A program made the translations under genes and the position numbers. The notes beneath the pieces were generated by a model, which was given only the letters and a program-made list of their open reading frames with translations, was not told the DNA's origin and did no database searches. A stretch of DNA of 64,000 bases from Longimicrobiales bacterium (GTDB lineage Bacteria; Gemmatimonadota; Gemmatimonadetes; Longimicrobiales; Gaopeijiaceae): the NCBI GenBank assembly GCA_965218295.1, contig CBDCKN010000009.1, positions 64,001 to 128,000 of the forward strand, written 5' to 3'. Positions 51,499 to 61,016 of this stretch are shown here, one piece after another (the first letter of the stretch is position 1; each line of letters starts with the position of its first letter).

Positions 51499-52041
51499 AT
51501 GGGTAAGACGGACGCCCCTGGGCACCTCGTGGTGGGGCACCTCAACAAGGCACACGGTACCAAGGGAGAGGTCTTCATCTGGCCGCTCACCGACCACCCC
51601 GAGAGCACGTTCGCTCCCGGGGTGGTTCTGTATCTGGGAGATGCCGAAGGCGTGCTGTCACCCGACCTGTCCACGTGCCGGATCGAGACAAGCCGCGCGT
51701 ACCGCTCTGGCTTCCTGGTCCGTTTCGAGGGAGTGTACGATCGGACCGGCGCGGAGGCTCTCTGTGACCGTTACGTATTGCGCGCCCTGGACGATGTCGG
51801 CGAGCTCGAGGAGGGTGAGGTCTTCTACCACGACCTGCTGGGCATGGAGGTGGTGACGGTGGATGGCGACAGCATCGGCGAGGTCTCGGAGGTCTATGAG
51901 CTCCGGCCCGCCGATCTCCTCGAGGTCAGGGGCCCCGAGAAGAGCATACTGATCCCGTATATCTCCCAGGTGGTTCATTCGGTGAGCGTGGATGAGAATC
52001 GCATCGTCCTCGATCCTCCCGACGGCCTGTTGGATGTCTGA
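51499..52041 (+). CDS. rimM: ribosome maturation factor RimM
   Basis: VG..KAHGTKGEV, FYHDLLGMEV, LIPY, PPDGLL. Confidence 0.95.
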   Translation: MGKTDAPGHLVVGHLNKAHGTKGEVFIWPLTDHPESTFAPGVVLYLGDAEGVLSPDLSTCRIETSRAYRSGFLVRFEGVYDRTGAEALCDRYVLRALDDVGELEEGEVFYHDLLGMEVVTVDGDSIGEVSEVYELRPADLLEVRGPEKSILIPYISQVVHSVSVDENRIVLDPPDGLLDV

Positions 52042-52720
52042 CGTGACCGATCGAGAACCCCTGACGATCAACTTCGTCACGATCTTTCCCGACTTCTTCC
52101 GGGAGCCTCTGGCGACGAGCATTCCCGGACGGGCTGAGCAGGTCGGACTGGTGCGCTATCGCATCGTCGACCTGAGGGATTTCGCCCACGACCGGCACCG
52201 GACTGTGGACGACACTCCCTACGGCGGTGGGGCCGGCATGGTGATGAAGCCCGAGCCTTTCTTCGAGGCGGTGGACAATCTCGAGCCGGCCGGACCCGTT
52301 GTGCTTCTGTCCGCTCGCGGCAAGCTGTTCGAGCACTCGGACGCGGTCCGCTACTCAGTGCAGCCCGAGCTGACGCTCCTGTGCGGCCATTACAAGGACA
52401 TGGATCAGCGGGTGGCCGACCATCTGGCCACCGAAGAGATCTCCCTCGGCCGCTTCGTGCTGTCGGGTGGCGAGATCGGGGCTCTGGCCGTCACGGATGC
52501 CGTGGTGAGGCTCCTCCCGGGCGCCATGGGAGATCACGACTCGGCGTCGACGGACTCGTTCTATGATGAAGGACTGCTGAGCGCCCCGTCCTATACGCGG
52601 CCACCCGAGTACCGCGGGCACCGTGTCCCCGAGGTGCTGCGGACCGGGGATCATGCCAGGATCGAGGCCTGGCGCGAGGCGGAGGCGGCTCGCCTCTCCC
52701 GGGAGCGCGAGGAGGCGTAG
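52034..52720 (+). CDS. trmD: tRNA (guanine-N1)-methyltransferase
   Basis: [34 protein letters not shown]. Confidence 0.96.
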   Translation: MSDVTDREPLTINFVTIFPDFFREPLATSIPGRAEQVGLVRYRIVDLRDFAHDRHRTVDDTPYGGGAGMVMKPEPFFEAVDNLEPAGPVVLLSARGKLFEHSDAVRYSVQPELTLLCGHYKDMDQRVADHLATEEISLGRFVLSGGEIGALAVTDAVVRLLPGAMGDHDSASTDSFYDEGLLSAPSYTRPPEYRGHRVPEVLRTGDHARIEAWREAEAARLSREREEA

Positions 52721-52836
52721 CGCGCCTCCGAAGCGGCCTCGGGAGCTTGTTCCCCCGACTCTTCACCCCCGCCCGGCCCTGCATTATTTTTAGGTCTGTG
52801 ACGAACGAGAAGTTCGCCCGGACCAAGAGGACCGAT

Positions 52837-53187
52837 ATGTCTGATCTGATACAAGAGCTCGAGAAGGAGGAGCTGCGGGACGACGATCCGGACTTCGCCC
52901 CCGGTGACACGGTTCGGGTGCTCTACAACGTCCGTGAAGGGGTCAAGGAGCGGATCCAGGTCTTCGAGGGCGTTTGTATCGGGCGCCGTGGCGCCGGTAC
53001 CGGAGCGACCTTCACGGTTCGGAAGATCTCCAGCGGTGTGGGTGTCGAGCGGGTGTTTCCCCTCCACGCTCCCACCGTCACGGGTATAGAGGTCGTCCGG
53101 CGCGGACGCGTACGCCGGGCCAAGCTCTACTACCTGAGAGGCCTGCGCGGCAAGGCAGCCCGGATCCGGGAGAAGCGGACCAACTAG
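52837..53187 (+). CDS. rplS: 50S ribosomal protein L19
   Basis: [35 protein letters not shown]. Confidence 0.97.
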   Translation: MSDLIQELEKEELRDDDPDFAPGDTVRVLYNVREGVKERIQVFEGVCIGRRGAGTGATFTVRKISSGVGVERVFPLHAPTVTGIEVVRRGRVRRAKLYYLRGLRGKAARIREKRTN

Positions 53188-53205
53188 TGTGGTGTCCACA
53201 CTAGC

Positions 53206-53862
53206 ATGAGCTCGCCGGCGAAGTCGCCGGACGATTCTGGAAGCGATCGGCTCCAGGACCCCCTCGACTACGAGAGGCGGTTCTGGAGCTGCGGTCTTTC
53301 CGGGGTGGCCGGGGTGGATGAGGTCGGGCGGGGCCCTCTTGCGGGACCCGTCGTGGCGGCCGCGGTGATCCTTCCCGAAGGGACCGTCATCGACGGGGCC
53401 ACGGACTCCAAGGAGCTCGACGCCGAGGCCCGGGAGGAGCTGGCTGATGTGATCCGTGATCGTGCTCAAGCGGTGGCCTTGGGCGCGGCCTCCGTCCGTG
53501 AGATCGATCGCGCGAACATCCTGGTGGCGACGGCGTGGGCCATGAACCGGGCTCTGCGCAGGCTACCCGTCAAACCCGATCATGTGGTCGTGGACGGCCT
53601 CCCCATGAAGTCGCTCCGCTGGAAGCACGACGCCGTGGTGGGCGGCGACGGACTAGTGCACTCGGTCTCGTGCGCCTCCATCGTGGCGAAGGTCTGCCGG
53701 GATTGCCTCATGACCAAGCTGGCGAAGCGTTATCCCGGCTATGGGTGGGACCACAACGTGGGCTATGCCACCCAGGAGCACCGCGACGCCCTGGATCGGC
53801 TGGGCTCCACGCCGCACCATCGCCAGAGCTTTCTGGGACTGCAGTACGGGCTGGAGCTGTGA
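53206..53862 (+). CDS. rnhB: ribonuclease HII
   Basis: GVDEVGRGPLAGPV, DSK, VDG, ASIVAKV.RD. Confidence 0.96.
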   Translation: MSSPAKSPDDSGSDRLQDPLDYERRFWSCGLSGVAGVDEVGRGPLAGPVVAAAVILPEGTVIDGATDSKELDAEAREELADVIRDRAQAVALGAASVREIDRANILVATAWAMNRALRRLPVKPDHVVVDGLPMKSLRWKHDAVVGGDGLVHSVSCASIVAKVCRDCLMTKLAKRYPGYGWDHNVGYATQEHRDALDRLGSTPHHRQSFLGLQYGLEL

Positions 53863-54071
53863 TGGGGTGGCCTCCAGTGGAGGCCGACACCGTCTTCGTT
53901 GGATGGACCGAGGCTCCCAGGAGCTGGACCGGGGCGGCGCCGGAGGGGAAGATGTCGTCCTGGCTATCCCTTCCCGTTGATCCCTGTGGTGACCTTGACC
54001 AGGCCCTGTCAATTTGCCTTTACGACGACAGGCTACTTCGCCGCCAATTCTTCGCCCGCCATGATCTCCTT

Positions 54072-55665
54072 CTAGGGCGACGGGTCCACGTCAAGGGGTT
54101 CCGAGGAGGAGATCGGCTCAGGAGCATCCGTGAAGAGAGTCAGCGACCCCTCGCAGACGTCGTCGGCGTCCAAGATCTCGATTTCTACCTCCGGCAGGGA
54201 CGACGAGGAGAACCCGTCCAACCTTGTCACGGATAGGACCTCAAACGCCACCGTTCCCAGGTTGTCTCCCTTGAGACTCCCGTCCAGTGGGTCGTAGTTG
54301 ATGGAGACGTCGCCTTTGTAGACCACAGCGCAGACCCGCTGTCCCACCAACTGCTTGAGCCCCGTCGCCCGCAAGGGAGTGACGTCCGGAATCTTGTCCA
54401 GCAGGGCCTCTGGATCACCCCCAGAGCCCAAGCCTGGACCGGCATCGAGGTAATTGCGCAGGCCATCATCAGGTGTCGAACCCCAGGAGTCCGGGATCGT
54501 CTTTACCGCAAACCATCCCTCATCGCCGACTTCGCCCGTATGCAGGGTGATCGTCAGACCAACGTTAGCTCCAGCGAAGAAGGGGAGCGGGGTCCGCAAC
54601 CCGATGTCGGTCATGTCTTCGTTCACGTCCGCCTCGTCGAAGGAGTTCGGCGGGCTGCCCTTGCCGATGCTCTCCTCGTCGATGATCAGGAACGTGGACG
54701 CCGCGCTCGACGGGCAGGCCTCGAGCGTCACGGAGGTTGTTCCGGAAGCTCCGGCCGTGGGCAGTTCGACCACCGTGCCCGATAGGCCAGGATCTCCGCC
54801 ACCGACATCGAGGGTCGTCGGATCGAATATCCCGCAGCCGAATACCTTGATCCGGCCGCCGCCGCCGCCGCCACCACCGGTGCCAAACGTTACGAAGAAG
54901 GGAGGACCGCCAGGACCGTCCAGGCCCGATCCGGCCGCGCCACCCTTCGCCTCGATGACCCCAGTGACGTTGAGCGAGCCATCCAGCAAGATGCCTCCAC
55001 CGGATCCGCCGCCGCCGCCGCCACCGGGGGTGCCGTCAGCGCCGACCACTCCGGACGCTCTAATAGTTCCGCTCACGGCGATGGCGTTCGCGATGATCGT
55101 TATGGCCCCACCTCCGGCTCCGCCAACTCCAGGTCCGGACCTGGCGCTACCGCCAGCCGAGCCCATTCGGATGTCTTTCGAGACGGGGTCGCCATAGGGC
55201 ATCCCTCCATCTGCCACCTCCGCGAAGACCTTTCCGCCCTTGCCCCCGAGTCCTCCATACCCTCCGCCGCCGCCTCCCAGGCTGGTGAAAACCTCTGACG
55301 GGCCGTCGTCGCCGACACCGTCAAGGGCACCGCCAGCACCAGTGGCGTCTAACATACCCGCGATGATCACCTCATCAGCCTCAATAACCAAGGGAACGCC
55401 GGGATCGACGAAGACAGTTGCAGTGCTGGGAATTCGTGAACGTACGCACCCCGGTAAAGCTGCCGCTCAAGATATCACCATCCGTAGGCGTGAGGTCCAC
55501 CCCTCCCAGGTCGCCACCGGAGATTAGCGCTAGTAGCGGTGCCGTGATAGAGGGATGGTTTGCGTCAACCGTCCAATCGACGACGTCCGTAACGGTCTGC
55601 TCACACCCCAATACCGCTAGGGCGAGTACGATGGAAACGGCTTGAACCCGGTACTTCCGGGGCAT
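54072..55665 (-). pseudogene. Gly-rich secreted/lipoprotein gene interrupted by a +1 frameshift at about 55433
   Basis: SD AGGAGG, ATG at 55665 and lipobox AVLGC; removing one A from ACG-A-ATT joins ORF 55381-55665 to ORF 54072-55391. Confidence 0.7.
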
Positions 55666-55756
55666 TGATGCCTCCTGAAGAAGCCTGAGGTCTGCAATCT
55701 GTTTTCGTCGGCCGACCTACCCCGCCGACCTGGGGAGCGGAGGCATACTCCCCATT

Positions 55757-55786
55757 CTTAACGCTACCAACCTTAACGCTACCAAC
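55757..55786 (+). repeat. perfect 15-bp tandem duplication
   Basis: cttaacgctaccaac x2. Confidence 0.9.
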
Positions 55787-56180
55787 GTTCTCTCGGCCCC
55801 GCAAGAATTTCTTTGCGGGCGTTCCCCGCCGGGCTACTCCCTTCGCAGGAGCCGCGTGAGGGACATCTGCCTCACGGACCGACACCCCGCGGAAACACTG
55901 GAATCTCCGTGCGATTTCTTCATTTCTTCTTGTCTGATGGTGTTCGGATACAAGAATCACGCCGCCTTGGCGCGGCAGTACCATTCCACGTGTGTTAAAC
56001 CGTTGCAGTGCAGTGGCTTGTGGGATCAGGGTGGGCCCGCGGCTCTCTGGACCCGGGGGTCGGCCTTTCCAGAAGTTTTTACCTAAGATCGGAAAAGTTT
56101 GTTCAACATTGCGGGGCATTAATGCGTTCTATGGGGAGCCCGCGACCCGGAATGCCGACGTAGCAGATACGCTGTGCCGT

Positions 56181-57431
56181 TCAGCGTTCGGCCAGCAGCC
56201 CGAAGACCTCGTCCACCTGCTCCCAGCCCACCCTCATGAGGAAGTCGCTCCGCCGTCCGTAGGACTTGATTCCGAGGATGAAGATCCCGGGCTCGGGGTG
56301 CACGAGGGTCTCGGCTCCCAGGCTTGTCTGATCCAGGCAGTCTCCGCTACCGCCGCTTTGGGCCAGGAGGGCGGCCGCGAGCTTCATGGGACCCTGCGTG
56401 GCATAGCACTCGTGCACCTGGAGCTGCCGGTACAGGAGGTGATCTCCGACCTTCCCCGTGAGCGCCAGGATACGGTCGACGTCGAAGCACTCCACCTGGC
56501 CGTCGAGGGACCGCAGCTTGGCGCCGACTCGGGGAGACCCGTCGGGCGTGGCAGTGTCGATCGCCTCTCTCGCGGCCCGAGCCTCCCGCACCTTCAAGGC
56601 GTCGACCACGACCCCGGTGCGAACCCGGAGGCACGTTGGGGGATGGGTGGCCAGCGCGGCCCCCTCCTCGAGAAGAGCGGCCCGCTCCTCCAGCGGATCG
56701 TCCACATCGGGCTCCGGGACTTCGTGTCGCACGGCCCAGACGACTTCGGTCCCGGGGTACTTTTCGGCCAGCTTCACGAGGTCCACGACGGCCGTGGTAG
56801 CGGAGTGTCCTGAGCCCACCACCAGCACCGTGCGTCCCGCCCAGTTCTCAGGGTCGCCCGACACGTCCGGTATCTCACGGCTGATGGCTTCCGACGCGTG
56901 CCCTTCACCCGGAGCGGGGATGCCCCCGTCGCCCAGAGCGTTGGGCTCGGTGTTGCCGGTGCAGTCGATCACCACGTCGGCCTCCTCGGTCCACTCCCGG
57001 CCGGAGTCGTCCCGGAGGAGGAGTCGGAAGGCGTGTCGGCCCCGCTCGCCGGTGCCGATCTCCTCATGCTTGAGCAGGCCGGTGCGGCCCAGGCGCTCTA
57101 CGCGAACCCCGTATTTGATGTGCCCCGAGAGGGCCGAGAGAGCGCTGACGGGATCGAGTACCTTCTCTACCAGCTCCGCTCCCGTAGGGTACTCGGTCCC
57201 TTCGGGGACAGACTCGCCGGCCTCGTCCAGCGCCTGGCGCATCCGGGCCGAGACGTTGAGGTCCCAGGAGGTGAAGAGCCGGACGTGGCCCCAGTCGCGA
57301 ACGTGGCCCGCCGCCTGCGCCGCCGCCTCGTAGACGGTGAAGGGGTATCGGGCGACGGCTGCGGCCAGGGCGGCCTCGAGGCCGATGGGACCGCTCCCCA
57401 GGATCGCTATCCGTGGCTTGGATGTGGTCAT
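56181..57431 (-). CDS. FAD/NAD(P)-dependent oxidoreductase (flavin monooxygenase-like, resembles ars-associated flavoproteins)
   Basis: ILGSGPIG (FAD), WGHVRLF, DCTG, VVGSGHSA (NADPH), HPEPG..ILG.KSYGR. Confidence 0.8.
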   Translation of the reverse strand: MTTSKPRIAILGSGPIGLEAALAAAVARYPFTVYEAAAQAAGHVRDWGHVRLFTSWDLNVSARMRQALDEAGESVPEGTEYPTGAELVEKVLDPVSALSALSGHIKYGVRVERLGRTGLLKHEEIGTGERGRHAFRLLLRDDSGREWTEEADVVIDCTGNTEPNALGDGGIPAPGEGHASEAISREIPDVSGDPENWAGRTVLVVGSGHSATTAVVDLVKLAEKYPGTEVVWAVRHEVPEPDVDDPLEERAALLEEGAALATHPPTCLRVRTGVVVDALKVREARAAREAIDTATPDGSPRVGAKLRSLDGQVECFDVDRILALTGKVGDHLLYRQLQVHECYATQGPMKLAAALLAQSGGSGDCLDQTSLGAETLVHPEPGIFILGIKSYGRRSDFLMRVGWEQVDEVFGLLAER

Positions 57432-57442
57432 GATCGTGGGTC

Positions 57443-58432
57443 CTAGAACCTCGAGGCCGCCCGCTCCTTGGCCGGTAGAATCTCGAGGCAGGTGGTCCAC
57501 CATCCGCTGAGGATCGTCTCGACGAACTCCTCCGGAAGCTCCTCTCGGCGCATCTCGGCTGCGAGGGACTCATGATCGTACCTGAGGGGGATCGGCTCGA
57601 CGCCGAGTCCGCCGCCTTTCGCCAAACCGCCGCCGTCCGGTGATCCACCGTTCTCCGCCGAAAGGATGGCGTACCAGACGTTGGTGCGCCCGTCGTTGGC
57701 CGGTCGTCCGATGACGCCCACGTTCACCACGTCCCGACCCGAAGGGAGGCGCCGGTGCCACTGAAGACCTGTGTGGGTGCAGAGAATCCCGTCGCAGCGG
57801 TTCTCGCCACACAATATCTCCAGGTAGGGCGTGGACGAGGTCGACGCGAAGAGGAACTCGTTGACCTGCCTTGGAGACCCGTGGACGAGGAGTAGCTCTG
57901 CCTCCCCGACCGCGACCCGGCGCCTGTTGGGGAGCTCCCCCATGTACGCTTTGAACTCGGGAGAGCAGCGACGCTCGGTGTAGCCGTACGAAAGGGCGGC
58001 GAAGTGGTTGTCCCGCGGGTCGGTGTATCCACAGTTGCAGTCCCCCCGGTCGGCGGCCAGGGACTGCTCGTAGTTCCCCTGGATGGACCGCACACCGCCT
58101 GATTCCAGGAGAGGCCAGATCGCTTCCGGGTTCGGCCCGAAGCCCCCGAGATCCCCGAGACAATACACGGCCTCGGCCCCACGTCGGCGGGCGTCCTCCA
58201 ATAGGGCTTCAAGGCCGAAGTGGTTGTTGTAGACCCCTCCGAAGACGGCGATCCGCCCGTATGGACCCTCCACGGGGGTCGCATCGTCGGCCGGGGTCAG
58301 GTACTCCTCCACGGCAGACCGACGGCCCTCCTCGGAGAGGGTCCGACCGAAGCGCGTGGTCGCGGCTCGGAAGTCCTCCAGGGGAACCAGACGCTCACCC
58401 CAGGTGGCCATTCCCTTCTGGGCGTTGGTCAT
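57443..58432 (-). CDS. calcineurin-like metallophosphoesterase-fold protein with degenerate metal motifs
   Basis: FGGVYNN, CLGDLGG, QGNYE, VHGSP, CTHTG, NVGVIG; DCNCGY motif. Confidence 0.8.
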   Translation of the reverse strand: MTNAQKGMATWGERLVPLEDFRAATTRFGRTLSEEGRRSAVEEYLTPADDATPVEGPYGRIAVFGGVYNNHFGLEALLEDARRRGAEAVYCLGDLGGFGPNPEAIWPLLESGGVRSIQGNYEQSLAADRGDCNCGYTDPRDNHFAALSYGYTERRCSPEFKAYMGELPNRRRVAVGEAELLLVHGSPRQVNEFLFASTSSTPYLEILCGENRCDGILCTHTGLQWHRRLPSGRDVVNVGVIGRPANDGRTNVWYAILSAENGGSPDGGGLAKGGGLGVEPIPLRYDHESLAAEMRREELPEEFVETILSGWWTTCLEILPAKERAASRF

Positions 58433-59328
58433 GTCCGGCAGCTCACCCCGTAGACGTGGCAGGTCCAGCACGCCTGGTGGTCGAGGGGAAAGTCACCGAG
58501 GGTGTCGGCCAGGCGCTCCCCCATCCGACCCGAGGGCTCGTTTACCAGGATGGGGCATACCCAGACGCCCTGGTCGGTGACCATGCGACACGAGGAGCAC
58601 TGAAGGTGGCTCCACCCGTCCTCTGGAGTGTCCGCCGCCGAGAGCCTCTGCCAGCTCTCGTACGCGCCGGACCGCTCGGCCTCCGCTCCGAGGCGGAAGA
58701 CCGGCAGGACCTTGAGCCTGGGCCGTCTGATGCCTCGCCCGGCCAGGAGCTCCAGGAAGCGGGTGCGCCCCTGGTCGCTGGAGTTACCCTCGTGGACGTC
58801 GGTGACGGTGATAACCGGGTTGAGCCCGGCCTCCTCCGCGTTGAGGGCGCCCTCGAGAATCCGCTCGAACGTCCCCTCGCCCCGGATGGGATCGTTCGTC
58901 TCGGCGGTGTAGCCATCGAGGGAGATGCGGAGATCGAGGGAGTACTCGGAAGCGTCGGCCAACGCGGCCAGCCGACGGCAACGTTTCCCATCGAGGAGCA
59001 GGCCGTTGGTCAGGACCGTAGCGGGACCGACCTCGAGCGTCGCGGCGAGGATGGCCTCCATGTCACGGTTGATGAAGGGCTCTCCCCCCGTGAAGTAATA
59101 CTCCTTCACGCCCAACTCCACGGCCTCGTCGAGGTACGAGCGAACCGTCTCCAGGCTCAGGAGCTCGTGGGTGTGGTTCGTGGGGGAGCAGGAGATGAAA
59201 CAGTGGCTGCACGTGAGGTTGCAGAGGGTCCCGCCCACCTGGAACCACAGGGTGTCCAGAGACCGGAGGGCAACGGACGGGCTCACGGGGCCACCGGATT
59301 TAGCGTTAGCAGCAGTCGCCTGGCTCAC
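58429..59328 (-). CDS. radical SAM enzyme with a Cys-rich C-terminal (SPASM/twitch-like) region
   Basis: CNLTCSHC, FTGGEP, LTNG, ISLDG; C-terminal CSSC..CP..CWTC..C; alternative start GTG at 59286. Confidence 0.92.
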   Translation of the reverse strand: MSQATAANAKSGGPVSPSVALRSLDTLWFQVGGTLCNLTCSHCFISCSPTNHTHELLSLETVRSYLDEAVELGVKEYYFTGGEPFINRDMEAILAATLEVGPATVLTNGLLLDGKRCRRLAALADASEYSLDLRISLDGYTAETNDPIRGEGTFERILEGALNAEEAGLNPVITVTDVHEGNSSDQGRTRFLELLAGRGIRRPRLKVLPVFRLGAEAERSGAYESWQRLSAADTPEDGWSHLQCSSCRMVTDQGVWVCPILVNEPSGRMGERLADTLGDFPLDHQACWTCHVYGVSCRT

Positions 59329-60493
59329 AGCACGCCCCCTGAGGGTCCGTGGTCACGTCGTAGTCCATCCCCTTGGACTCCCTGGGATGCCGCGCCGTCG
59401 TGCGGGTGCAGTCGAAGGGCTCCGCCTCTTCCAACGGGATCTCGACCAACGGCTCGATGAAGTCGAAGTACTCCCTGTACGGCTCCCGGCCGTAGATGCG
59501 GAAGGTCTTGTCGCACACCGCGTATCGCTTCCCTCGTTCCATGCGGTGATCGTCGTCGTCGAGCACTTCCTTGAAGGGGCCCCGGTAGACCACCGCCGGC
59601 ATCCTCTCCCAGCAGGGGCCCTCCTTGCCCTTGAAGGCCTCGACGGTCACCGAGCGGAACTCGATTCCGTTCACCGTCTGCCAGGGCTCGGCCTGGCGCT
59701 CCCGGACGCGGATCCCGTAGAAGCCGACTTCTTCGAACGCCTCGAGGAATCCCTCCTCGGTGAGGGCCCCCGAGACACACCCGCTCCAGAGCTCCGCGTC
59801 CATCTGGAGCTCCTCAGGGACCGGCTCGTCGGAGGCGATGTCCGAGATGACCGCCCGTCCGCCCGTCCTCAGAACGCGGTGGATCTCCCTGAAGAGGTTC
59901 TGCTTCTGATCCGTCGCCACGAGGTTCAGGACGCAGTTCGAGACGACGACGTCGACCGACTCGTCGAGGACCAGGGGCTCCAGGAGCCGGAGGTCCGACA
60001 TCATCCGCTCGAGCTCGAGATAGTCCTCGGTGGTCGACACCGGATGCTCGCCCAGGCGCTCCTCCAGCCGCTCCAGATCGAGGGCGAGATCCTGGATGCG
60101 GCCCCGCCGGAACTCCACGTTGGCGTAGCCGATCCGCTCAGCGACGACAGGAGCGTTTCGACGGGCGACCTCCAGCATCTCGGGGGTCATGTCGACGCCG
60201 ATGACCTTGCCCGTCTGTCCCACCACCTGCGATGCGATGAAGCAGATCTTGCCTGTGCCGCTGCCCAGGTCGAGGACGGTCTCACCGGCCTTCAGATAGC
60301 GGCTGGGATCGCCGCAGCCGTAGTCCCGTTCGATGACCTCGTCCGGGATTGCCTCCAGGTACTTCGGATCGTAGTCCACGGGACAACAGAGGGCCGCGGC
60401 CTGGCCCTGTGCGGCGTCGGCGTAGCGATCCTGGACTGCGGTCTCCTGGGCGCCGGCGCTGGTCCTCTGCATCTGGCTGTCAGTCTCGATCAC
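59306..60493 (-). CDS. ArsM/AS3MT-like SAM-dependent methyltransferase with a Cys-rich C-terminal extension
   Basis: LCCP, YGCGDP, VLDLGSGTG, GVDMT, VSNCVLNL, WSGCVSGA; ends CCEPGDCC; GTG at 60493 with SD GAGGAG. Confidence 0.85.
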   Translation of the reverse strand: MIETDSQMQRTSAGAQETAVQDRYADAAQGQAAALCCPVDYDPKYLEAIPDEVIERDYGCGDPSRYLKAGETVLDLGSGTGKICFIASQVVGQTGKVIGVDMTPEMLEVARRNAPVVAERIGYANVEFRRGRIQDLALDLERLEERLGEHPVSTTEDYLELERMMSDLRLLEPLVLDESVDVVVSNCVLNLVATDQKQNLFREIHRVLRTGGRAVISDIASDEPVPEELQMDAELWSGCVSGALTEEGFLEAFEEVGFYGIRVRERQAEPWQTVNGIEFRSVTVEAFKGKEGPCWERMPAVVYRGPFKEVLDDDDHRMERGKRYAVCDKTFRIYGREPYREYFDFIEPLVEIPLEEAEPFDCTRTTARHPRESKGMDYDVTTDPQGACCEPGDCC

Positions 60494-60747
60494 TGTGCTC
60501 TCCTCGTGGACGATGACGCCCGCCGGGTACTGAGCCCCTCGGGAGGATATGGGATACGCATTGGTAATGGAGGGATTGGAGTGGCTCCGCAACCGGGCTC
60601 TGGGTTCGGCGGTGAGCCCGGGAGCTTTGGCTACAGGCCGAATACACGAGAACGCCTGGAGGTTCACGCCACTCTGGAGCTCCGCATGTTCTGAGGAACG
60701 TGTCGCGGCCGTGGAGGTTCGCCTGGCTACCGGCTAGTTTACCGGCG

Positions 60748-60820
60748 GAGCCGGTAGCTCAGCTGGTAGAGCAACGGACTTTTAATTCGTAGGTCGCGGG
60801 TTCGAGACCCGCCCGGCTCA
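60748..60820 (+). tRNA. tRNA-Lys (anticodon UUU)
   Basis: acceptor stem GAGCCGG/CCGGCTC, D-arm TAGCTCAGCTGGTAGAGC, anticodon loop CT-TTT-AA, T-loop GGTTCGAG; no encoded CCA. Confidence 0.95.
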
Positions 60821-61016
60821 CTGCGAATATGTTGTAACATAAGGGATTTTCTCTGATGAGCGCCCGCTTGCCCCCCGTACGCTGGCGGGAGCCCCCAAGT
60901 TGACTGGTTTGGCCCTGCCCCTCACGTTATCCCAACCCGTCAAAGGGCCTTTGTTTTTCCTTCTATGAGGCCAGCGGTCACCACCGCACGCTTCCCGCAC
61001 GCATTAACATATCTGC

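Noticed and set aside
50245..51856. Ser/Ala-, Leu/Gly/Phe- and Arg/Pro-rich ORFs in other frames over rpsP
   Set aside because: Alternate-frame readings of the same stop-free repeat.
56181..60493. ordinary arsenic resistance operon
   Set aside because: No ArsR, ArsC or efflux pump genes, and the radical SAM gene points to transformation chemistry.
60494..60667. N-terminal extension of the methyltransferase ORF given in the ORF track
   Set aside because: GTG at 60493 has a good SD and the upstream residues look non-coding. The track starts for thiE, tsaD, tamA, the kinase, asd, hsp20, dapA and rplS were trimmed for similar reasons.
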